Below are positions 1-6,657 of a DNA stretch of 13,254 bases, in pieces. Each line of letters opens with the position of its first letter. The first letter of the stretch is position 1. Under the pieces are notes generated by a model. It made no database searches, had not been told where the DNA came from, and saw only the letters and a program-made list of their open reading frames with translations. The translations under genes were made by a program, and so were the position numbers. Source of the DNA: a bacterium (GTDB taxonomy: Bacteria > Zhuqueibacterota > Zhuqueibacteria > Oceanimicrobiales > Oceanimicrobiaceae); the NCBI GenBank assembly GCA_046757525.1, contig JBHHYI010000113.1, forward strand, positions 1 to 13,254, read 5' to 3'.

Positions 1-590
1 CTGGTTGCTGGCATTGGCCACAAACAGGTCCAGATCGCCGTCCGCGTCGTAATCGCCCCACGCGCATCCCATGGAATTGAACGCCTCGTTTACGATTTCA
101 CCTGCGGTGATTTTTGTAAACGTGCCGTCGCCATTGTTGTGGTACAGACCGTTTTTCTGATTGCTGGTATTTGTAACAAACAGGTCGAGATAGCCATCGT
201 TGTCGGTGTCCCCCCAACTGCAGCCGATGGAATTGCCGCCATCGCTGACCATGATATCATCGGTGACTTTGGTGAAAGTCCCATCGCCGTTGTTCCGGTA
301 CAGATCGTTGTTTTGATTGCTGGCGTTGGCCACGAACAGGTCTAAGTAGCCGTCCTGGTTGTAATCGCCCCAACTGCAGCCCATGGAGCTGGCTTCGTCG
401 TTGACGATGGCGCCTTCGGTGATTTTCGTAAACGCCCCGTGGCCATCATTGCGGAACAAGAAGTTCTTTTGGTTTCCTGAATTCGCGACGAACAGATCCT
501 CATCGCCGTCGCTATCGTAATCCGCCCAACTTGTCCCCGAGGATTGGGAGGCTTCGAGAACCACGGCCCCGGAAGTCATGGAGGTAAACA
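1..590 (-). repeat. Intragenic 156-bp (52-aa) tandem repeat units of the second FG-GAP propeller
   Basis: Trp codons of the W-G/A-D motif fall at 58-60, 214-216, 370-372 and 526-528, an exact 156-nt period. Shared DNA words such as CCCCAACTGCAGCC occur near 212 and 368. Confidence 0.85.
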
Positions 591-2388
591 GAGTGCCGTA
601 CGGATTGACCACGAATCGCCACAAATCCGTGCTTGCCGTTACTGAAAAACCGTCGGTGACATCCACAGTCCAGGAGTACACGTGGTTATCTTTGAACACG
701 TCGCGTCCGACGACAAAGTAGTTGTCGTAAATATTGGAGAACGAGGTGTCAAACGTTGCTCTGGTCCACAGGTCCTCACCTTTCAAGTAAAGGGTGTAAG
801 AGACGGCATCGATGTACAGCGTGAAGGCATTGTGCCAGATAAATTGAATGTCGTCGGCGGATTGGCTCAAGGTAATGCCATCGGTAGGAGATTGCAAGGC
901 AAAAGTCGATGGCGGGTCGCTGATTCCAGAGCCTTCTACGATGGTCAGTGTCTGGTCCACCTCTTGCAGGCTGCGAATCCTGTCGACCCCGCCGCCGGGC
1001 CAGCGCAGCACGATGGAGTCGATTTGCGTGTAACCGCCCAAGCCAAAGTGCGCCGTCAGGTTGTCGTTTTGCGAACAAAAACTGTCGCCGGCGCGGATTT
1101 CACGAATCTGCCGCAAAGAGTCGGTGTAAACTTCGATTCGGGTGCCGACGCCGTAGTAATTCGAAGCCGTGCCTCGCGCTTTGATAGCAATCCAATGATT
1201 TGAGCCGCCATCGTTGAGCATCAGCCTGTTGTGGGGATAGCCGGTGGTAAAGATATCGATCCAACCGTCGTTGTTAAAATCGGCGACGGCCACAGCCTTG
1301 TGGGCATCCTCGACGATTCCCGCACCCTGGGCAATGTCGGTGAAAGTACCATCCCCATTGTTGTGATAGAGTCGATGTTGCCGGTAGCGGTTGGTCACGT
1401 AGAGATCGATCCAGCCGTCATTGTCGAAATCTGCGGCCGCGATTCCAAAGCTGTTTTCGTCGCTCTCGCCGGCTACGCCCGCGGCAAAGGAAACGTTGGC
1501 GAAGGTATTGTCGCCGTTGTTGCGGTAGAGTCGATTGAAGCCAGGTCGGGGCGCGTGCACCGAGTTGCCGATGTAAAGGTCCAGATCGTTATCATTGTCA
1601 TAATCAAACCAGACCACGCCCCAGCTTGCCAGCGAATCCGCCACGCCAGCAGAATAGTTGATGTCAGTGAAGGTCTCATCGCCGTTGTTCAACAAGAGGT
1701 GCTTGATGGAACGCAAGGGATCGGTGCGATGGCACGTGGTGACAAAAACGTCCGGGTAGCCGTCGTTGTTGAGATCGCCCCAGGACATGCCGTAGGAATT
1801 GCCAAAAGTCTGTACATTGGCAGATTGCGTGACCTCCGCGAACGTGGCGAAGGTAAGGTTGTTAAACAACTGATTGGCCCCGGCATCGTTGACCACCATG
1901 AGGTCGAGTTTCCCGTCGAGATTAAAATCGCCCCAGCCAGCGCCCTGGGCTAATGAAGGGATGGAAACATTTGCCCGGTCGTTGACTTGCGTGAAGCTCC
2001 AGTTGCGATTGTTCTTGTACAATCGGCTCGGCGCCGAGAAATCCTCAAAGACGATATCTAAATAGGCGTCGTTGTCAAAATCTCCAAAAGCAGCGCCCCA
2101 CAGCCTGGCCCCTTCGACGAGTCCAATCTCAGGTAAAATGTCAAAAAAACCAGCTTCGCCCCGGTTCAAATACAACCGGCCGACCTGATCTCCATTGGGG
2201 TGGTAAATGTCCACCAATCCGTCGTTGTTGAAATCCGCCGCGCTGGCGCCCTTCTGAAAGCCCCCTTCGATCGGAGCCATGGGGTGCAAGAGCTGCGAAG
2301 CATCGGTGAAAGTCTGCGCCCTGAGCGGCTGGCAGGATAGCAGGGTCAGCAGCAGAATAATCCCACAGAAAGACTTTAGACCTGGCAT
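1..2388 (-). CDS. Secreted tandem FG-GAP/VCBS beta-propeller protein with ASPIC/UnbV domain (CRTAC1-like); 3' end lies outside the window (>796 aa)
   Basis: Not in the ORF track; translated by hand from the ATG at 2388 (GGGGA RBS-like sequence upstream) and open to position 1. N-terminus MPGLKSFCGIILLLTLLSCQPLRAQTFTD is a signal peptide. Seven DxN/DxDxxxD Ca-binding loops follow (DFNNDGLVD, DFDNDAYLD, DFNLDGKLD, DLNNDGYPD, DYDNDNDLD, DFDNDGWID, DFNNDGWID). Next come an ASPIC/UnbV segment (NHWIAIKARG..GVGTRIEV..AHFGLG..WPGG, ~1200-935), a beta-rich Ig/FN3-like linker (~920-600), and a second set of repeats (SWADYDSDGDEDLFVAN, SWGDYNQDGYLDLFVAN, SWGDTDNDGYLDLFVTN, AWGDYDADGDLDLFVAN). Confidence 0.93.
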   Translation of the reverse strand, partial: MPGLKSFCGIILLLTLLSCQPLRAQTFTDASQLLHPMAPIEGGFQKGASAADFNNDGLVDIYHPNGDQVGRLYLNRGEAGFFDILPEIGLVEGARLWGAAFGDFDNDAYLDIVFEDFSAPSRLYKNNRNWSFTQVNDRANVSIPSLAQGAGWGDFNLDGKLDLMVVNDAGANQLFNNLTFATFAEVTQSANVQTFGNSYGMSWGDLNNDGYPDVFVTTCHRTDPLRSIKHLLLNNGDETFTDINYSAGVADSLASWGVVWFDYDNDNDLDLYIGNSVHAPRPGFNRLYRNNGDNTFANVSFAAGVAGESDENSFGIAAADFDNDGWIDLYVTNRYRQHRLYHNNGDGTFTDIAQGAGIVEDAHKAVAVADFNNDGWIDIFTTGYPHNRLMLNDGGSNHWIAIKARGTASNYYGVGTRIEVYTDSLRQIREIRAGDSFCSQNDNLTAHFGLGGYTQIDSIVLRWPGGGVDRIRSLQEVDQTLTIVEGSGISDPPSTFALQSPTDGITLSQSADDIQFIWHNAFTLYIDAVSYTLYLKGEDLWTRATFDTSFSNIYDNYFVVGRDVFKDNHVYSWTVDVTDGFSVTASTDLWRFVVNPYGTLFTSMTSGAVVLEASQSSGTSWADYDSDGDEDLFVANSGNQKNFLFRNDGHGAFTKITEGAIVNDEASSMGCSWGDYNQDGYLDLFVANASNQNNDLYRNNGDGTFTKVTDDIMVSDGGNSIGCSWGDTDNDGYLDLFVTNTSNQKNGLYHNNGDGTFTKITAGEIVNEAFNSMGCAWGDYDADGDLDLFVANASNQ

Positions 2389-2454
2389 GAAATCGTCCCC
2401 GGTTTGAGATAGAAATGCTTTCAAATTAAACAGTGCGCGACGACGCCGTAGTAG

Positions 2455-2483
2455 AATTTATGATTAATTCAGGAAAATCGCAA
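2455..2483 (-). promoter_or_regulatory. Putative sigma70-type promoter for the 2388 gene
   Basis: Minus strand reads TTGCGA-N17-TAAATT, with the -10 about 67 bp upstream of the ATG. An imperfect dyad AAATCGC-N11-GCGATTT (2475-2499) overlaps the -35. Confidence 0.45.
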
Positions 2484-2533
2484 CCGCTAAACGCGATTTA
2501 AGAGGTACGAACAAAGTTTTGCTTTTGAGAGGG

Positions 2534-2728
2534 CGTGCGGGTGGCACGAGTTTGCTTGACGAGATACTTTTAGCTTGAGGATCCTTCAAAATAAGAAATA
2601 GGGCTTCCAGGGGAAACGCTCACATCCCAAAGGTAGGGTGGCCGGAGGGCACCCGGGTCACACCACCATTAAGCGGAAGCCCTATTTGACGTCTGAACGG
2701 AAGCTAAGCATTCGTGTCATTTCGCACG
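2534..2728 (+). ncRNA. Candidate structured non-coding RNA (~195-nt rod-like hairpin, 6S-RNA-like geometry; family unassigned)
   Basis: Nested complementary pairs found by eye: CGTGCG 2534-2539/CGCACG 2723-2728; GTGGCACGAG 2541-2550/TTCGTGTCAT 2711-2720; TTAGCTT 2570-2576/AAGCTAA 2701-2707; perfect 13-bp AAATAGGGCTTCC 2596-2608/GGAAGCCCTATTT 2675-2687; apical GTGGCCGG 2638-2645/CCGGGTCAC 2653-2661. Non-Watson-Crick pairs within the stems are G-U on the plus strand. Confidence 0.5.
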
Positions 2729-2801
2729 AAGTGAGAAAGCTGCGCTTGTTTCAAATATTGAATGGGCACTTCTCTCCTTTCAATCGAACTGAGAAGAGAT
2801 T

Positions 2802-2962
2802 GGGGCTGTCCCAAAAGGCCATTTTTCTGTCATTCCCGCGGAAGCGGGAATCTATAAGCTATTGTTTTTCTGGATTCCTGCTTCGGTCATCCGGCGGCTG
2901 CCGGACGACTGATTCGCAGGAATGACAACTCAGAAGCTCTTTTTCGACTATTTGGACACCTC
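2802..2962. mobile_element. Degenerate MITE-like element enclosing a REP doublet
   Basis: Imperfect terminal inverted repeats: GGGGCTGTCCCAAAAG (2802-2817) versus the reverse complement of CTATTTGGACACCTC (2948-2962), which is GAGGTGTCCAAATAG. They resemble IS-derived MITE ends. There is no transposase and no clear target-site duplication. Confidence 0.4.
2828..2927. repeat. Inverted REP-like doublet (GTCATTCCCGCGGAAGCGGGAATC ... GATTCCTGC[insert]GCAGGAATGAC)
   Basis: The first palindrome, ATTCCC-GCGGAAGC-GGGAAT (2832-2851), fits the ATTCCC-N8-GGGAAT pattern of dRS3-like repeats. Outer arms TGTCATTCCCGCGGA (2828-2842) and TTCGCAGGAATGACA (2913-2927) are complementary at 13/15 positions. The element translates to the spurious SFPRKRESI peptide. 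Confidence 0.8.
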
Positions 2963-3005
2963 ATATTGAACTCTGCAACCCGTTGCAGGTTGCCTGGCAT
3001 AAGAG

Positions 3006-4811
3006 TTATCGTAAAAGAATCATCTTCTTCGACTGGACAAAATGGTCCAGCCTTAATCGGTACACGTAAACGCCGCTGGCGACTTGAAGCCCGGTGGAAT
3101 CCTTGCCATCCCATTTGACGGAGTAGACCCCTGCGGCCTGTTTCTCGTTCACCAGGGTTCGAATTTTTTGCCCCAGCGTATTGTAAATCGTCAACTTCAC
3201 CATTGAACTATTCTGCAGTTCGGGAATGTTGTAACGGATGGTCGTCGTTGGGTTGAACGGGTTGGGAAGGTTCTGCTGCAGCTCAAACCCTTCCGGCAAG
3301 GCATCATTCGCACGGCCTGACGAAGTGACAATCGTTCTGGTATCTTCGAACATGTTTTTGTCTTCAACCACCACAAAGAATTTATTGACCGCAACGTTGT
3401 GGAATTCATCGACGTTGCCGGAAGGCCATTCGACTCTTATCTTTTCGATGACCTGAGCGTCTCCCAAACCGAAGTGGGCTCTCAAACTGCTCTGGCCGTA
3501 AGCCCCGGTTATCGATGTAGTCTCTCTGAGTTGCCAGACGGAGCGGCCATTGATCACCGCGTTAACCCGTATTTTCGTGCCAATGGCCGTTCTGTTGGAA
3601 AAGGTGCCAACACAACGAACGTTGATCCAATTATTGCCATTTGCATTGTTGATGTACAATGCGTTTTTCTCAAAAAGATTTGCCACAAACAAATCTAAAT
3701 CGCCGTCGTTATCTAAATCAGCCCAGGCAACTCCTGCTGAGCGTGCGGGTTCCGTATCCGGCGGCCACGAGGGAACTCTGGCAAAGGTGCCGTCTCCGTT
3801 GTTTTCATACAAAGCATTTCTTCGGTCGCTATTGGCAACGAAAAGATCCAGGTCGCCGTCGTTATCAAAATCAGCCCATCCTGAACCTTGTGAATTGCCA
3901 TCGTCCTCAACGATTGGTCCCGAATTTATTTTGGTGAAAGCACCCTCCCCGTTATTCAAATATAACAGATTCTTTTCTTTCTCAGCATTGGCGACAAAAA
4001 CGTCCAGGTCGCCGTCATTATCAAAGTCACCCCAACTTGCCCCTACTGAGCTTGCAAGTTTGTCGTTGACCAGCACTCCGGAGGTTATCTTGGTAAAACT
4101 CCCATTGCCGTTGTTGGCGTACAAAACATTGTTGTCGTCGAAATTCACTACGAACAGGTCCAGGTCGCCGTCATCGTCATAGTCAACCCAATTGCCGCTC
4201 AAAGAATTGTGCGTATCCGTAGCAATGGCTCCCGTACTCATTCTGGCAAAAGTTCCGTCTAAGTTGTTGGTGAACAGAAAATTTCTTTCTCCAAAATCGT
4301 TGGCAAAAAAGACATCCAGGCGCCCGTCACTGTTAAAGTCGCCCAAACAGCTATTGTGCGAACTGGCGCTGTGAAAAACCAGCGCTCCGTCATTGTTTCT
4401 ACTAAAAGTGAAATCGGGAGCGCCGTCGTTAATGAAGTGGTAATTGGCTTTTTTGCCGTTCAGGCCACCGTTGGCAACAATCAAATCTAAGTCACCGTCA
4501 TTGTCCAAATCTGCCCAGGAAGGGCTAAAGGAATCCCCCACTAATGAAACGATTTCACCTATTCGAACTTTTGTGAAGAAACCGTTGCCCTCGTTCGTGT
4601 ACAGATTGTTGCTTTGTCGCAAGGCATTGGCAACAAACAGATCTAAATCCCCGTCGTTGTCGAAATCCCCCCAGGCACCTCCCCGGGAGGGACTGTTGTA
4701 GGTGACGATGGGGCCTGTGGTAACCCTGGTAAACAATTGGGCAAAAGATGCGGTGGTGACCGCAACAAGAGCCACAACCGTGAGGCCGAAAATTACCGAT
4801 TTGTTCTTCAT
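3006..4811 (-). CDS. Secreted FG-GAP repeat + ASPIC/UnbV (CRTAC1-like) protein with C-terminal FlgD-Ig/T9SS type A-like sorting domain
   Basis: 601 aa with a strong RBS (AAGGAGGGAAGAC-ATG) and a signal peptide ending ASFA-Q. It has seven (W)GDFDNDGDLD-type repeats and an ASPIC/UnbV domain (NNWINVRCVG..NRTAIGTKIRV..AHFGLG..VEWPSG). The C-terminus reads FELQQNLPNPFNPTTTIRY..IYNTLGQKIRTLV..WDGKD..ASGVYVYRL..KKMILLR. Confidence 0.95.
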   Translation of the reverse strand: MKNKSVIFGLTVVALVAVTTASFAQLFTRVTTGPIVTYNSPSRGGAWGDFDNDGDLDLFVANALRQSNNLYTNEGNGFFTKVRIGEIVSLVGDSFSPSWADLDNDGDLDLIVANGGLNGKKANYHFINDGAPDFTFSRNNDGALVFHSASSHNSCLGDFNSDGRLDVFFANDFGERNFLFTNNLDGTFARMSTGAIATDTHNSLSGNWVDYDDDGDLDLFVVNFDDNNVLYANNGNGSFTKITSGVLVNDKLASSVGASWGDFDNDGDLDVFVANAEKEKNLLYLNNGEGAFTKINSGPIVEDDGNSQGSGWADFDNDGDLDLFVANSDRRNALYENNGDGTFARVPSWPPDTEPARSAGVAWADLDNDGDLDLFVANLFEKNALYINNANGNNWINVRCVGTFSNRTAIGTKIRVNAVINGRSVWQLRETTSITGAYGQSSLRAHFGLGDAQVIEKIRVEWPSGNVDEFHNVAVNKFFVVVEDKNMFEDTRTIVTSSGRANDALPEGFELQQNLPNPFNPTTTIRYNIPELQNSSMVKLTIYNTLGQKIRTLVNEKQAAGVYSVKWDGKDSTGLQVASGVYVYRLRLDHFVQSKKMILLR

Positions 4812-4898
4812 GTCTTCCCTCCTTGTGATTAGTGATTTTATAAAAATATCGTAGTACGCCTAACAGTAGGCTCCGCGCCTGACCTTAGCCCCTCCCTT

Positions 4899-4915
4899 TG
4901 CTAAAAGAGTGCCAA
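4899..4915 (-). promoter_or_regulatory. Sigma54 (RpoN) -24/-12 promoter
   Basis: Minus strand reads TTGGCACTCTTTTAGCA, i.e. TGGCAC-N5-TAGCA with exact GG-N10-GC spacing. It lies ~90 bp upstream of the 4811 start and just downstream of a sigma54 activator gene. Confidence 0.8.
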
Positions 4916-4943
4916 AGATGATGCTGAAAATATGTGCTTGGGT

Positions 4944-4968
4944 TAAGTTGTGGCTAAACAGGCAGTTG
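4944..4968. promoter_or_regulatory. Possible degenerate IHF-type bending site between enhancer and sigma54 promoter
   Basis: TAAGTTGTGGCTAAACAGGCAGTTG loosely resembles back-to-back WATCAANNNNTTR sites. The position is the expected one, but the match is weak. Confidence 0.25.
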
Positions 4969-5011
4969 CGGAAAAGCAAGCATGGTGGTAGAGATTTTCC
5001 ACGGAGGGGTT

Positions 5012-5034
5012 AATTCGCAAGAAAGTTGCGAATT
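5012..5034. promoter_or_regulatory. Candidate upstream activator sequence (bEBP binding site)
   Basis: Perfect 9-bp inverted repeat AATTCGCAA-GAAAG-TTGCGAATT, ~100-120 bp upstream of the -24 element. It is AT-rich and lacks a U-tract on the minus strand, so it fits a protein-binding site better than a terminator. Confidence 0.6.
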
Positions 5035-5076
5035 TTTAGGGTAACACGCACTTTATTGAAGTTGGGGTCGTAAAAA

Positions 5077-6654
5077 TTAACGAGCTTCGTATGGCCTGAC
5101 GATGCCTAATTTCTTCATTCTGTAACGGATGACAGGCTCGGAGATCTTGAGCGATCGGGCTGCCCTGGACTGATTCCAGTTGTTTTCGATCAGAGCGTCG
5201 CGGATGATTCTTTCTTCACTATCGCTGAGCTGTTTATTCAACGATTTGGTCACGACAAACGCCTCTTGCTTGCCGAAAAGCTGCTCAAATTCTGCTTTGA
5301 GATCGGCAGGAAGGCAATTAGGTTCCAGGATCAAATCTTCCGAGGCTGCGCAGGTCACCAGCCGCTCTACGAAGTTCTCCAACTCTCGGATGTTTCCTGC
5401 CCAGGAACGCATGCGCAGAAAATCCACTAATTTTTCCTGGAACGATTCGACCATCTTCTTTTGTTGCGCCGCAATGCTTTGCAGAAAATGGTTCGCTAAC
5501 AGGGGGATATCTTCTGAGCGTTCTCGCAAGGTTGGCAGATAAATGGGGTAAACGTGAAGACGATAATACAGATCGTCCCTGAAAAGCTTCTCGTGCACCA
5601 AATCCCACAGCGAGGTGCTCGAAGCGGATATAACCCGAACGTCGATTTTGAGACCGCGGTTGCTGCCTAAGGGGCGAATCTCCCCCTCTTGCAAAACTCG
5701 CATCAGTTTTGATTGCAACCCAATCGGCAGATTTGAGATTTCATCGATGAAAAGCGTGCCATGATGCGCCTCCTGGAACAAACCTTTGCGGTCGTAAGTC
5801 GCGCCGGTAAAGGCCCCTTTGACATGACCGAACAGTTCACTTTCCATCAAATGCTCAGGAATGGCGCCACAGTCGATGGCAACAAAAGCTCCGGCGTGGC
5901 GATCGCTGAAAGCGTGAATGGCCCTGGCCACCAGCTCCTTGCCGGTGCCGCTCGCTCCTTCCAGCAACACGCGCACATCGCAACGCGCAGCGGCCTCGAC
6001 GGCTTGCAGAAGCTCAATGAACCTCTTACTTTTGCCGATCAACCCGTGCTTAGCATACTTTGTAAGGAGGGTTGAATCAGGCAAAGCGGGCTGAAAAAAC
6101 TGTTTTATCTTTTGCACATTTCTTAAAAACGGCACGGCAACTGCCGCGATATTCTCCAGAAGTTCTAAGGAAGCAGGCGCTACTGACTCCTGGCGCTCAG
6201 CGTAAAGCAACAGTAACGAACCGATGGTAGCCCCTTCAATGCTGAAAGGAACTCCCATCACCGCTGTCACCGGCACATCCGAAAACAGACCTCTGGCAAA
6301 CCGCTTATCCTTTTGAATACTCGTACTGAAGAAAGATTGCTCATGTTTGAAGATCCAACCCCCTACCAGCGTAGTAATGAGCCGATACCGACGGTGTGCG
6401 ACTTCTCTGCTTTTGTTGTAAAGCGTCTTAACCGTCTGACGCGTGTTGGGATTCAACATCAAAATAAGAGCCAAGTCTGCCCGGAGCCAGTCCGCAGCTT
6501 TTTCGGCCACGATACGGAGGATATCCTTAAAATGCGTTTGTTGCCCAAGCATCCTGGTAAGCTGCATGAGCTCTTCTAATTGGTTAATCTTTACCTGCAA
6601 GTTGTTTTGAGGCTCGAGATAACCTTTTGAACTATTGTTTGTTCTTAAGGGCAT
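5077..6654 (-). CDS. Sigma54-dependent enhancer-binding protein (GAF + AAA+ + Fis-type HTH)
   Basis: Walker A GASGTGKE, intact ESELFGHVKGAFTGA loop, Walker B LFIDEI, FRDDLYYRL, sensor II WAGNIRELEN, and C-terminal HTH (NNWNQSRAARSLKIS). The N-terminal ~180 aa are GAF-like (VMGVPFSIEGATIGSLLL). No receiver domain is present. The exact start codon is uncertain. Confidence 0.95.
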   Translation of the reverse strand: MPLRTNNSSKGYLEPQNNLQVKINQLEELMQLTRMLGQQTHFKDILRIVAEKAADWLRADLALILMLNPNTRQTVKTLYNKSREVAHRRYRLITTLVGGWIFKHEQSFFSTSIQKDKRFARGLFSDVPVTAVMGVPFSIEGATIGSLLLLYAERQESVAPASLELLENIAAVAVPFLRNVQKIKQFFQPALPDSTLLTKYAKHGLIGKSKRFIELLQAVEAAARCDVRVLLEGASGTGKELVARAIHAFSDRHAGAFVAIDCGAIPEHLMESELFGHVKGAFTGATYDRKGLFQEAHHGTLFIDEISNLPIGLQSKLMRVLQEGEIRPLGSNRGLKIDVRVISASSTSLWDLVHEKLFRDDLYYRLHVYPIYLPTLRERSEDIPLLANHFLQSIAAQQKKMVESFQEKLVDFLRMRSWAGNIRELENFVERLVTCAASEDLILEPNCLPADLKAEFEQLFGKQEAFVVTKSLNKQLSDSEERIIRDALIENNWNQSRAARSLKISEPVIRYRMKKLGIVRPYEAR

Positions 6655-6657
6655 TTG

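Noticed and set aside
2542..2556. TGGCACGAGTTTGCT as a plus-strand sigma54 promoter
   Set aside because: Spacing is GG-N9-GC, but sigma54 strictly needs N10, and no plausible CDS follows. It is better explained as one arm of the long stem.
2609..2680. c-di-GMP-II riboswitch (GGAAAC...GGGCAC words)
   Set aside because: There is no downstream GTGC pseudoknot partner in the expected position, and the orientation is antisense to the downstream gene.
2638..2925. 95-aa ORF on the plus strand (and 2887..3114 on the minus strand)
   Set aside because: It runs through the structured element and REP; SFPRKRESI is the translation of the palindrome. No recognisable domain is present.
1..4700. CRISPR array or diversity-generating retroelement TR/VR pair among the repeats
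   Set aside because: The repeats are degenerate at synonymous positions and keep a coding period (156 bp). I saw no identical direct repeats with unique spacers, no adenine-specific variant pair and no reverse transcriptase.
139..4701. Long plus-strand ORFs (682..1203, 1231..1953, 3550..4182, etc.)
   Set aside because: These are antisense shadows of the repetitive FG-GAP genes; their repeats (SPSLSKS, VVVEI) mirror the DNDGD codons.
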